From the IMG/VR virus record IMGVR_UViG_2529292882_000016: DNA of 45,980 nt. One strand, 5' to 3'. Position numbers and translations under genes: made by a program. Within the stretch, counting starts at the first letter, position 1, and every line of letters starts with the position of its first letter. Below are positions 1 to 9,168 of this stretch, in pieces. The notes below the pieces were generated by a model, which saw only the letters and a list, made by a program, of their open reading frames with translations, searched no databases and was not told the DNA's origin. This stretch comes from a virus. Taxonomy: Duplodnaviria; Heunggongvirae; Uroviricota; Caudoviricetes.

Positions 1-483
1 ATGACGAAGAAAAAAGCACATAAACCTGGTTCAGCGACCATCGCGCTTAACAAGCGCGCCCGTCACGAATACTTTATCGAAGAAGAGTTCGAAGCGGGAC
101 TTGCCCTGCAAGGCTGGGAGGTTAAATCCCTGCGCGCAGGAAAAGCCAATATCAGCGACAGCTACGTCCTTCTGCGTGACGGAGAGGCATTTCTGTTTGG
201 CGCTAACATCACGCCAATGGCCGTGGCCTCCACGCATGTGGTGTGCGATCCTACCCGTACCCGCAAGTTACTTCTCAACCAACGCGAACTGGACTCATTG
301 TACGGTCGCGTCAATCGAGAAGGCTATACCGTAGTGGCGCTCTCCCTGTACTGGAAAAATGCCTGGTGCAAAGTGAAAATCGGCGTCGCCAAAGGTAAAA
401 AACAGCACGATAAACGTTCAGATATCAAAGAACGCGAATGGCAGGTGGATAAAGCACGTATCATGAAAAACGCCCACCGTTAA
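1..483 (+). CDS. smpB: SsrA-binding protein SmpB (160 aa, full length)
   Basis: Translation [50 protein letters not shown]... matches enterobacterial SmpB as I recall it; sits immediately upstream of ssrA as in E. coli. Confidence 0.95.
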
Positions 484-697
484 ACCTGCACTCCAATTAT
501 TGACCAGTTCCTCACCGCGCCTCCCTCTCCGGCGGCGCGAATGAACATCTTATTGGCTATCACATCCGACACAAATGTTGCCATCCCATTGCTTAATCGA
601 ATAAAAATCAGGCTACATGGGTGCTAAATCTTTAACGATAACGCCATTGAGGCTGGTCATGGCGCTCATAAATCTGGTATACTTACCTTTACACATT

Positions 698-1060
698 GGG
701 GCTGATTCTGGATTCGACGGGATTTGCGAAACCCAAGGTGCATGCCGAGGGGCGGTTGGCCTCGTAAAAAGCCGCAAAAAATAGTCGCAAACGACGAAAA
801 CTACGCTTTAGCAGCTTAATAACCTGCTTAGAGCCCTCTCTCCCTAGCCTCCGCTCTTAGGACGGGGATCAAGAGAGGTCAAACCCAAAAGAGATCGCGT
901 GGAAGCCCTGCCTGGGGTTGAAGCGTTAAAACTTAATCAGGCTAGTTTGTTAGTGGCGTGTCCGTCCGCAGCTGGCAAGCGAATGTAAAGACTGACTAAG
1001 CATGTAGTACCGAGGATGTAGGAATTTCGGACGCGGGTTCAACTCCCGCCAGCTCCACCA
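698..1060 (+). ncRNA. ssrA: tmRNA (SsrA, transfer-messenger RNA)
   Basis: Starts GGGGCTGATTCTGGATTCGACGGG, contains the tag-reading-frame region (GCAAACGACGAAAACTACGCTTTAGCAGCTTAA) and ends GGGTTCAACTCCCGCCAGCTCCACCA; about 363 nt, matching E. coli ssrA. Confidence 0.95.
1034..1060. repeat. 27-bp direct repeat CGGGTTCAACTCCCGCCAGCTCCACCA (att core at the intact ssrA end)
   Basis: Identical 27-mer recurs at 41072..41098; flanking bases differ on both sides (g/a upstream, c/a downstream). Confidence 0.85.
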
Positions 1061-1161
1061 CTTTTGATAGGACTGCAACCGGACGGCGACAATAAAAACA
1101 GCCACTTACGGACACTGACCAGACAGTGAGCGGACTTAAAAAAGACAAAAATATACACGCA

Positions 1162-1177
1162 AAATGCACGTGCATTT
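1162..1177. repeat. 16-bp perfect palindrome AAATGCACGTGCATTT near the left prophage end
   Basis: Seen directly; half-site AAAATGCAC also occurs near the right end (41002..41010). Function not established. Confidence 0.6.
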
Positions 1178-1183
1178 CAAAAA

Positions 1184-1218
1184 AGCCTCTGATTGTGAAG
1201 CCAGAGGCTTTTCTATTT
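1184..1218. terminator. Bidirectional rho-independent terminator-like hairpin
   Basis: AGCCTCTG...CAGAGGCT stem followed by TTTTCTATTT on plus and preceded by an A-run (U-run on minus); lies just downstream of the minus-strand tail-fibre operon. Confidence 0.55.
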
Positions 1219-1258
1219 GTAACTAAGAGTAACAATTCAACATGACGCAACCTACCAA

Positions 1259-1831
1259 TTACGTAACGTCAAACGCCCGGATTGAAACCAAATCATTCAG
1301 ACTATTCAGCTCTTGCTTCATCTCCCGCTGACGCTGATAAATCTCGTCATTGCGATCGACCTGTGCCTGCGCCATTGCTGCCGCCAGTTCTTCAAGTTCC
1401 TGCATCGACAGTTTCACCTGTTGATTATCAGCGTCGCCCCACGCAAGGGCGGTTCGTGCCGTATCAGATTTTGCAGCCATTACCACCGGATAGAGACGGG
1501 CCAGTGAGTCTGGGCCAGCATTCCAGGTGCGACCGTTCCATTCGAACGTGAACGGCTGCGACTCCTGTTCTGCGCGCCATGCCTCGATTTCCATCTTTTT
1601 GGCATCTTTTGCCGCTGCGATAAGTTCGGGCGTGACGGTGAACGGGGCAATTTCACCCCATTTGCCGCTCTGTAACTCTTCCCAGATGCGCTGGCCTGTC
1701 GGTGCGGTATCATCCTGCATGGCGGTATACAGGACGAATTCCGTTTCACCCTCAAATAACACCTCGCAGTCAACCGCACCATTTTCAAGGTAATGCGCGT
1801 TTCTGATGCCTTTTACCGCTCTGATTTTCAT
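1259..1831 (-). CDS. Tail fibre assembly/chaperone-like protein (190 aa)
   Basis: Immediately downstream of the Stf-like gene in the tfa position; C-terminal helical region loosely resembles Tfa-type chaperones. Confidence 0.55.
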   Translation of the reverse strand: MKIRAVKGIRNAHYLENGAVDCEVLFEGETEFVLYTAMQDDTAPTGQRIWEELQSGKWGEIAPFTVTPELIAAAKDAKKMEIEAWRAEQESQPFTFEWNGRTWNAGPDSLARLYPVVMAAKSDTARTALAWGDADNQQVKLSMQELEELAAAMAQAQVDRNDEIYQRQREMKQELNSLNDLVSIRAFDVT

Positions 1832-1844
1832 GTTTTATTCCCCG

Positions 1845-4800
1845 TTACTCGATGCGCACAAACAGGCAGATACGACCGCTTGTTCCGTAAGAGTCCCTGA
1901 CCCCGGATAACGCCATATAACGCCCCGGAAAAGTGTACCCTGTTGCTCCTGCACTTGGTGTTGAACCGTAAGAGCCAGGCCCGGCAGAAGATATTGTGCA
2001 CGAAAGATTAACTCCGCCCAGTTGTGACCCCTGCACCACATCACCCAGGCCAATTTTGATTTCTTTATCCCCGGAAGTTGTTCCGCGATAAACAGCCAGC
2101 ACCGGAACACCCACTGCCGGGTATTTGAAATATGAGCCTGAGCCCGCCATCCTGGACAACAGGTACGCCAGTGAATCTCCGTCGTAGACAACTACCCGCG
2201 ATGACATGTTCCAGCTGTTATCGCTGTCGTTGTACCGGTACTGCATATAGTGAATGCAGTGTTCACCCTGATAATACTGGTTGTAACACATCAGGGTTTT
2301 AAATTTGCGGACTGTGTCAGATTCACTGTTGGCGTACGGGGACCACATCACGTCAATAATGCCGTTAAATTGCGTGGTACCGGTAAGCAGTTGTGATGAA
2401 TCTGTAATACTGACCGCATACCGCCCCGGCGTGACTTTCTTCAGCCATTCAACGAAATCAGACAGTCCCTCAAACGCCAGGGCTTCAGTGCTGGTAAATG
2501 CCTGACCAAATCCATGCATGCCGGACAGTGCCAGCCTGCCCGGTGTGCGGTCGCGGATATCACTCTGGGGTTCCATCGTCGCAGCCGCTTTCAGTTCAAG
2601 CTCCGTGCGCATGGCCTCAGGCGTGTCCAGTGCCAGTAATGCGCGGGCTTTTTCTGACAGTTGCGCCAGTAAAATCCGGCCCTCTGCACTGAAATAAGGC
2701 AGCGTGTTTTCTTCCGGTGTTATCTGGCTGACAGCCGTTAACACGTCATTAAGCGGCTGTTTACCTGCCAGTGCTTTAGTGACCGTTGTCGCAAAGTTCG
2801 GGTCATTACCCAGCGCCGCTGCCAGCTCGTTCAGCGTGTCCAGGGCTTCAGGTGATGAGTCAACCAGCGCAGCAAGCAGTTTGCGGACAAACTCCGCATT
2901 GGCTATTTCATTACCTGCTGCATCATCCGGCGGGGTTGGCGCGGACGGAGTTCCGGTCAGTGCCGGACTTTTCAGTGGCGCGCGGGCTTCAATCAGCGCA
3001 ATAAGTGAAGCCTCATCAACCTTCAGGTTTTCCCAGCCAACCAGAAAACCACCATCTGATGACACCGCGCAACGGTTATAATAAATATGACCATTAACAC
3101 CGTAATAAATAATTATCTTATAGGCATACTCATCATTCGGGCTGGTTTTAGGTTGTGGCCAGATAATTTCAATAACACCGTTTGTCTGAATGCCTGGCAC
3201 TACCACATCTGTGTCTGCAAATACGGCATAACGACCGGGTTTTGCTGTTTTTACCCAGCGGAGAAAATCAGTCCCTGATTTAAACTCTGTTCTGTCGCTG
3301 AATAACATCCCGAAACCGAACATGCCAGGAATCGCCAGTCGACCTTCGGTGCGGTCGTAAATATTCTCCTGTGCATCCTTCTGTGCTGCATTGCCAAGTT
3401 GTGGCGTCAGATTCGTCCAGGTGACCGGGGCGGAGATATTATCGCCACGAACGGTCATGAGTATCCGTCCGTCTTTTCCAAAAAACAGAACCAGCTTTGT
3501 TGCTGTCTGGCTTGTTTTGTCGCCCCAGCCATTATCCAGCCAGATAATTTCTGTTATTCCGGTTGTTTCTTCCGTTTGCGTGGAAAAGGTGTAATACCGT
3601 CCCGGGTGCAGGTTGTGCGCAGTTCTGGCTACAGTCGCCATATCGCTGGCAATAATTGCCGTACTTCCGGCGTCCGTCATTCCGTAACCAAATGCACCAG
3701 GTAGCGCAACACGGCCTTCCGAGCTGTCGTAAAGGTCTGTCTGAATGTCCCTTACCGCTGCGCTTTTCAGCTCAAGCTCATTGCGCATGGTTTCCACTGT
3801 GGCCTGTGCCAGCAGTGACCGGGCTTTTTCTGACAGTGGAGACAGTGAAGCATTTCCGTCCTGATTAAAGCACAGAAGATTATCTGCCCGTTCTTCCAGA
3901 TTACTGATTGCGGTTAACACGTCACTGAGTGGTTGTTTACCCGCCAGCGCGTTCATGATTGTTGTCGCAAACTCCGGGTCATTGCCCAGCGCCGCTGCCA
4001 GCTCGTTCAGTGTGTCCAGGGCTTCCGGGGACGAGTCAACCAGCGCAGCAAGCAGTTTGCGAACAAATGCCGCGTTCGCCATCTCCAGCCCGGTCGCATC
4101 GTCCGGTGGGGTTGGTGTGGTTGGCGTGCCGGTGAACGCCGGGCTGTCCAGCGGCGCTTTTGTTTTCGTCTCGTCCATGACGGTTTTGACGGCCTTCGGT
4201 GTGGCTGCCAGTTCTTCGCTGTCGTTATCCGTATCACTACAGAGTTGCACCAGGCCTTTTTCTGTCGTGGAAGCATTGCTTCCCTTCAGGTCATCAACTA
4301 TCCGTTGCGCCTCGTCCCTGTGCTGTTTCGCACCCTGCTCGCTTTTTGCAGCCGCTTCGGCGCTGGCTTTTGCCTCACCGGTCAGCGTTGCGGCATCAGC
4401 AAGTTTATCGACCGCTTTCTGGACTATCGCGTCAGCATCCTTGACAGCCTGTTCTGCGCGGGCGGCATCCTGTGTGGCAGATGATGCCAGCTGTGCCACC
4501 TGCTTTTTATCTTCGGCAACGGCTTCTGCATTCTGCTGTACGTTATCCGCCAGCGTCTCGCAGTCGCTCTTGATTTGTTGCGCATCAGCGACATGTTGCC
4601 CGGCCTGTTGTTCGCTTTCCGCTGCCGCTTCCGCGCTCTGCTGCGCCTGCGCCACCATTTCCTCAAAGCGTTTCACCACGTCGGGTTTGAGGTCGCCTTC
4701 ATCAAGGGCAGTCAGAAAGTCGTTCAGCGTGCCGGGCCTGGAGTCGTCGTATACAGCAATGTCGCCAACACAGTACTCATCGCGCCAGTCCTGTCTCAGA

Positions 4801-4982
4801 TAAACGCAGTATTTTCCGACCTGCGCCTCGAACGAATATTCACCATTATTTCCGGTCACCACATCAGCCTTAGTGCACATCACTACTTCTGAGGTGTTTA
4901 CCCGGGATTTCAGAATTATGTGGCATCCGGACATGGGGATGCCTGCGCCATCAATCAGCGCACCTGATATCACTACAGACAT
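1845..4982 (-). CDS. stf: Side tail fibre protein, lambda Stf-like (1045 aa), with internally duplicated modules
   Basis: N-terminus (ISGALIDGAGIPMSGCHIILKSRVNTSEVV..., VYDDSRPGTLNDFL) and the motif LAATPKAVKTVMDETKTKAPLDSPAFTGTPT resemble lambda Stf as I recall it; long Ala/Glu-rich coiled region. Confidence 0.85.
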   Translation of the reverse strand: MSVVISGALIDGAGIPMSGCHIILKSRVNTSEVVMCTKADVVTGNNGEYSFEAQVGKYCVYLRQDWRDEYCVGDIAVYDDSRPGTLNDFLTALDEGDLKPDVVKRFEEMVAQAQQSAEAAAESEQQAGQHVADAQQIKSDCETLADNVQQNAEAVAEDKKQVAQLASSATQDAARAEQAVKDADAIVQKAVDKLADAATLTGEAKASAEAAAKSEQGAKQHRDEAQRIVDDLKGSNASTTEKGLVQLCSDTDNDSEELAATPKAVKTVMDETKTKAPLDSPAFTGTPTTPTPPDDATGLEMANAAFVRKLLAALVDSSPEALDTLNELAAALGNDPEFATTIMNALAGKQPLSDVLTAISNLEERADNLLCFNQDGNASLSPLSEKARSLLAQATVETMRNELELKSAAVRDIQTDLYDSSEGRVALPGAFGYGMTDAGSTAIIASDMATVARTAHNLHPGRYYTFSTQTEETTGITEIIWLDNGWGDKTSQTATKLVLFFGKDGRILMTVRGDNISAPVTWTNLTPQLGNAAQKDAQENIYDRTEGRLAIPGMFGFGMLFSDRTEFKSGTDFLRWVKTAKPGRYAVFADTDVVVPGIQTNGVIEIIWPQPKTSPNDEYAYKIIIYYGVNGHIYYNRCAVSSDGGFLVGWENLKVDEASLIALIEARAPLKSPALTGTPSAPTPPDDAAGNEIANAEFVRKLLAALVDSSPEALDTLNELAAALGNDPNFATTVTKALAGKQPLNDVLTAVSQITPEENTLPYFSAEGRILLAQLSEKARALLALDTPEAMRTELELKAAATMEPQSDIRDRTPGRLALSGMHGFGQAFTSTEALAFEGLSDFVEWLKKVTPGRYAVSITDSSQLLTGTTQFNGIIDVMWSPYANSESDTVRKFKTLMCYNQYYQGEHCIHYMQYRYNDSDNSWNMSSRVVVYDGDSLAYLLSRMAGSGSYFKYPAVGVPVLAVYRGTTSGDKEIKIGLGDVVQGSQLGGVNLSCTISSAGPGSYGSTPSAGATGYTFPGRYMALSGVRDSYGTSGRICLFVRIE

Positions 4983-5005
4983 ATTTTTTCTCGCGATAAA
5001 TTAAA

Positions 5006-5551
5006 TCAGGAAGAGGCTTCCGGAGAGACGGGCCATTCAATGGCGTTATATGAAGCTTTATCAGTGATGGGGCTGAAATCCATCGCCTGCAGCGATTTCG
5101 CGTAAATGCGGTACGCTTTCAGCTTCTCCCTGTCTTCGTCACTGATTAATCCCAGCAGCAGGTCTTTTTCCCATTCGCTGGTCATGATGCTGACCTGTTT
5201 TAACAGGGCGTCGCGCTCGCCTTCCGCTTTTAGTTTGTAGTCGAAAACAAATTCATCATTGCGGTAAAACCAGAAGCCCGGCGCAGTAATACGACGGTTA
5301 GCGGTAATATCCGGGAGTTCAATGATGCTGACGTTAGTGGGTTCGATACCTGTCACATCCTTACCGACCCACACCACACGCCCTCTTTCATTGTAGGCCA
5401 CTTTTATAGTGTCACTGGCAAAGTTCTTCTGTTCTTCATACCAGTTTTTGCCGTCCTCCGAAAAAAGCCAGACAATACTATGCCGCTTTGTCATCTGATA
5501 TTGCTCTGCCGTTTTCGGATTACCCGCAGTAATATTTTTTAAATGCAACAT
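5006..5551 (-). CDS. Tail fibre assembly protein, Tfa-like (181 aa)
   Basis: Downstream of a tail-fibre gene; C-terminus ...AIEWPVSPEASS resembles the lambda Tfa C-terminus (DIEWPAVP...). Confidence 0.6.
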   Translation of the reverse strand: MLHLKNITAGNPKTAEQYQMTKRHSIVWLFSEDGKNWYEEQKNFASDTIKVAYNERGRVVWVGKDVTGIEPTNVSIIELPDITANRRITAPGFWFYRNDEFVFDYKLKAEGERDALLKQVSIMTSEWEKDLLLGLISDEDREKLKAYRIYAKSLQAMDFSPITDKASYNAIEWPVSPEASS

Positions 5552-5553
5552 TG

Positions 5554-6570
5554 TTATACACTCGACGCATTATACCAGGTGCCGTTAATTAATTTCTGAA
5601 TAGGTCTTGAATACAGTTTTAGTGCTGATGACGGGGCAACATCACCACCAACCACGACATACCCCGAAGGAACGGTAAAATCATCGTCATAGTGCCCGTC
5701 AACCCTCTGACTACCCAGCCTGATATCCTGCACACCGCCATTTCGCTGCTGATAACGGGCATCAAAGTTTCCGTAGTCTGACGGTGTTACCCGTCCTGAA
5801 ACATTCACTGCCCGGTTACTTTGTAACGCGCCATTCTGAAAACGGAATACGTGCTGACCATTGGCATAAACATCCAGCAGGCCGTCACCATTCTGTTTCA
5901 GGCCGGTATCGTTATCCCCGAAAGCAATTGAGTTTCCACCCAGCGCGTTCTGAACGCCGATACCCAGCGCACCATTGACCTGAGAACCGCCGCCAACAGA
6001 CACTTTATGCGACATGGATATTTCACCCGTCCGCAGATTAATAGTGAACGGTCGAAGTGGACCAATATCGCCATTCTCGCCCTGATTTTCCCGGGTGGGA
6101 ATAAGATGCAGGCACTCTTCCGAACGACGAAAAATAAGGCCAAAAGTGTCGTTGAAAATCCTCAGCGCATTAACACCACGGATTTTTAGTTCTCCGGTCA
6201 TGGTATCACCATCACGCTGAACGGCATTTTTTGCCTTGTCCACCGTGGGTTTTAATCCGAGGTTTTCAACAGCCTCATCCTTGTCTTCCACATCCGAAAG
6301 GTTATTTTTTATCAGCAATGCCTCTTCGTTAATTGCACCACCCACCAGTAATAATATGGCTTTATATAGCTGATCGTGTTCTTCTTTATTCAGTTCTATC
6401 CCGGCCTTCTCAATGACACCACAGATTTCCTCCTGAATGGCATCCCACATGGCACTGTTCAGCCAGGTGGCAAGACGTCCTGTGCGAAGATTTCCATCAG
6501 TAAATCCGTTCTTGCCCGGGCCAAACTTATCTTTTACCGCTGTCAGCGTATCAATCCTGTGCATCTTCAT
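5554..6570 (-). CDS. Tail fibre protein (338 aa), P2 gpH / Mu S-like
   Basis: Contains the GDTMTGEL motif typical of myovirus tail fibres; Gly/Asn-rich C-terminal region; follows the baseplate genes. Confidence 0.7.
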   Translation of the reverse strand: MKMHRIDTLTAVKDKFGPGKNGFTDGNLRTGRLATWLNSAMWDAIQEEICGVIEKAGIELNKEEHDQLYKAILLLVGGAINEEALLIKNNLSDVEDKDEAVENLGLKPTVDKAKNAVQRDGDTMTGELKIRGVNALRIFNDTFGLIFRRSEECLHLIPTRENQGENGDIGPLRPFTINLRTGEISMSHKVSVGGGSQVNGALGIGVQNALGGNSIAFGDNDTGLKQNGDGLLDVYANGQHVFRFQNGALQSNRAVNVSGRVTPSDYGNFDARYQQRNGGVQDIRLGSQRVDGHYDDDFTVPSGYVVVGGDVAPSSALKLYSRPIQKLINGTWYNASSV

Positions 6571-7141
6571 CCTCGTCTGGATAGGAAAATAAAACGACGG
6601 TGTGTGACGGACATAATTTATTAATCACGCACTCCGCAACCGTATCCCCCCACGTCCGGATCGGTGTGTTGCAGGCGTCTGTGCATGTCTGCCACTGAGC
6701 ACCGGCATCCACCGGCAACGTCACACGCCAGAAATAACGCCAGCGATCACCCCATTCCGGATCGGGGCTTGCATCCAGATTCTGGAACTGTTCGATCGTC
6801 ACGCCGGTATATCCCAGCGCCTCAAGCTGATCCAGGAAGAACTGCTCATTGATGCCACCAGCCACATTGGCTTTTGCTTCAAGACGTTGCTGACGCTGAC
6901 GTAATGTCTGGGTTCCGACAGGGGAACAGGAATCAGGTAAACCATACAATTCTTCATAACGTTCAATCAGCTCTGTGGACTGACCGGGATCGATTTCAAT
7001 CACCAGTTCATCAGCCCGCTGGTGAACACGCACAAGCGATGGTGCCAGACCGTCAAGTACACCGTCGGTATCTGACCATGCAGGTCCCGGCGGCATCAGG
7101 CCATACAACAATTTTGTATAATCATCCTGTAACGTATCCAT
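6551..7141 (-). CDS. Tail protein, Mu gp48 / YmfQ-like (196 aa)
   Basis: Position and size downstream of the baseplate J-like gene in a Mu-type tail cluster; family assignment from synteny and recollection. Confidence 0.5.
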   Translation of the reverse strand: MDTLQDDYTKLLYGLMPPGPAWSDTDGVLDGLAPSLVRVHQRADELVIEIDPGQSTELIERYEELYGLPDSCSPVGTQTLRQRQQRLEAKANVAGGINEQFFLDQLEALGYTGVTIEQFQNLDASPDPEWGDRWRYFWRVTLPVDAGAQWQTCTDACNTPIRTWGDTVAECVINKLCPSHTVVLFSYPDEDEDAQD

Positions 7142-8223
7142 TATTTACTCCTTACCGGGTCATAAGCCTGCCATGTGATCTCCCCGAGCACCGGAAGCTC
7201 AGTTTCCCCCAGGTCAATATCCGATGAAGGGTCGATAAGTCGATGGGCCACCTCACCTGCAGATAAACTGATAGCCTCGCTGATTCTGGACAGATACATG
7301 CGCCCTTCCGGCACACCATCCCGGAACATCAGCGCATTCAGTTCTGATTTTATTGCCGCCCTGATCTGCGGTGTGTCTTTCGATAACGCAATCGTCATCG
7401 GAATGACTTTTTCTGTGGCACCGAATACATACAATCCGCTTCCGGCAACAGGTGCCAGAGGAAGGATGTGGTCCCTGACTGCGTTAATCACGCTTTCATC
7501 CGGGGCCGGGTGTTCCGGATCGTTTGTCGCCACCATCACGCCAACCGTTCCAATCCCTTTCCAGTGTCTGAAAGTCCATGCACGGTTAATACCCTGAACT
7601 TCTTTCGCCCAGATAACATAATCAGGGTCTGCGCCCCCCTGTGGAATGTAGTAATAACGTTCCATAACGCGGGCACGCCATATTTCCAGATTTTCAATAT
7701 CTTCACCGTCTGTAATGGTGTCTGCGTACCCTGTGGACGGCAGACCACTGACGGGTGTTCCCAGCTGCATGGCAATACCATCATCCGTATTCCCCGCCGA
7801 TCCCGGTTCGTCTGCCACAACAGGCACCCGGAGAAGACCATCGGCTGCGGTCACCGTCGCCGTCGTGGTGAAGGTCACCTGATCATCACGCTGGATCTGC
7901 GTTCCCGCCGGCAATACCGGCGCCCCCTCTACGCCATCCCAGCGCACAAATCCCCGGGCTGCCACCGCATCTTTTCGCGGGCAGCGTTTGATTCTGGCGT
8001 GCCGGTACAGCCAGTCTTCATCACACATGTCCGGTAACAGATTTCTGGCAAGATAATCGATATACCCGTACAACGTGTGCACAGCTGCAGCCTGTACACG
8101 GGCGTACACTTCCGCATCCATACGACGAAGCAGCGTATCCTGCTCAAAGCGGGTTAATAAATCACTCCGGATCATAGAAATAAGTTGCGGAAGGCCGGGG
8201 CGATAAAACTGACTGTCAGCCAT
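7141..8223 (-). CDS. Baseplate J-like protein (Mu gp47-like, 360 aa)
   Basis: Size and synteny within a Mu-like baseplate operon; start overlaps upstream gene stop. Confidence 0.65.
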   Translation of the reverse strand: MADSQFYRPGLPQLISMIRSDLLTRFEQDTLLRRMDAEVYARVQAAAVHTLYGYIDYLARNLLPDMCDEDWLYRHARIKRCPRKDAVAARGFVRWDGVEGAPVLPAGTQIQRDDQVTFTTTATVTAADGLLRVPVVADEPGSAGNTDDGIAMQLGTPVSGLPSTGYADTITDGEDIENLEIWRARVMERYYYIPQGGADPDYVIWAKEVQGINRAWTFRHWKGIGTVGVMVATNDPEHPAPDESVINAVRDHILPLAPVAGSGLYVFGATEKVIPMTIALSKDTPQIRAAIKSELNALMFRDGVPEGRMYLSRISEAISLSAGEVAHRLIDPSSDIDLGETELPVLGEITWQAYDPVRSK

Positions 8224-8629
8224 TCAGTTCACTCCAGATATCATCAAAAATAATGTTGTGAATATTGCCGTCACGCTGGTAAATGGTAATGGCAAGTGCC
8301 AGCGAGTCTGTCCCGGTCCTGACAGCGTTAATATCAAGACGGGAAGCAACACCATCCTCCACCATCCACGCCAGCGCTTCACGGGCATAATCTCTGGCAA
8401 GCTGCGGGGTTTTATTTGTCAGCTTGCTGCGTCGCAACAGATACAGACGCGACCCCGTGCGATCATTCTGAACCGCAGGCCAGGTATCCCCCCACCATCC
8501 AAATATCTGCGGTGCATCATCATCACGCCCTGCACGCCGCCAGGTAAAAAGCGAAATAATCACAGCACGCGTCAGAAGGTCGAGCGAAGCCCCGGTCGAC
8601 ACGGTTCGCCCGTTAACATTAATCATCAT
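8216..8629 (-). CDS. Baseplate protein, Mu gp46 / GPW-like (137 aa)
   Basis: Synteny between the spike-like and J-like genes; typical size. Confidence 0.5.
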   Translation of the reverse strand: MMINVNGRTVSTGASLDLLTRAVIISLFTWRRAGRDDDAPQIFGWWGDTWPAVQNDRTGSRLYLLRRSKLTNKTPQLARDYAREALAWMVEDGVASRLDINAVRTGTDSLALAITIYQRDGNIHNIIFDDIWSELNG

Positions 8630-8634
8630 GATTT

Positions 8635-9168
8635 TCAGCCCATCGGTTGATCTGGCGTGTCAGTGATCCCACCACTATCACCATTTTCGGTGTGTTTGTG
8701 GGCATTGTAGGTCTGCCGCATTTGCTGCATGCTGAGTCCGCCACTGTCGCAATTGTCAGTAATATCAGCGGTGGATTCGACAGGCATTTCAAAGCGCGCT
8801 TTAGGCGCGTTTTGAAAAATAATGGGCTTCCCGCCCCCGTTCACCACAATACCGGAACGAGTCAGGACAACGGATTGCCCCTGATCGTCATAAAGCGCCA
8901 CTTCCCCACGTTTCAGTCCTTTCAACCGGTAACGTCTGTCAGCCACGACCACAACCACACCATGAGAACGATCGCCCGCCGGGAATAAAGCAACGCCCTC
9001 AGCACCGTTCTGTGCAGCAGATGTAAAACCATAAGGCTCAAGGTGCTCAACGTGTTGTTTCTGATCTCCGGCTATCATTTTCAACCCTACAGACTGACAC
9101 TTTCTGGCGGAATCCACCGCCGTGATGACAGCCCGGGAAATCAGATTGCGAAGAGAAAACCCGTTCAT
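8635..9168 (-). CDS. Baseplate assembly protein V / spike-like (177 aa)
   Basis: Synteny in the Mu-like baseplate cluster; size consistent with the gpV/gp45 family. Confidence 0.5.
   Translation of the reverse strand: MNGFSLRNLISRAVITAVDSARKCQSVGLKMIAGDQKQHVEHLEPYGFTSAAQNGAEGVALFPAGDRSHGVVVVVADRRYRLKGLKRGEVALYDDQGQSVVLTRSGIVVNGGGKPIIFQNAPKARFEMPVESTADITDNCDSGGLSMQQMRQTYNAHKHTENGDSGGITDTPDQPMG

Noticed and set aside
101-334. 77-aa plus-strand ORF in an alternative frame inside smpB
   Set aside because: Completely overlaps the well-supported smpB reading frame; no ribosome-binding site; typical shadow ORF.
2305-4892. Multiple plus-strand ORFs (e.g. 2704..3081, 3955..4803, 3933..4484) antisense to the side tail fibre gene
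   Set aside because: They lie within the well-supported 1045-aa Stf-like ORF; their Ala/Ser/Arg-rich low-complexity translations are typical antisense artefacts of GC-rich coding DNA, and their repetition simply mirrors the internal duplication of stf.
1259-6570. Looked for a site-specific DNA invertase and inverted repeats that would indicate a Gin/Pin-type invertible tail-fibre segment
   Set aside because: No invertase-like ORF and no flanking inverted repeats were seen; the two fibre/Tfa sets appear to be fixed tandem genes.
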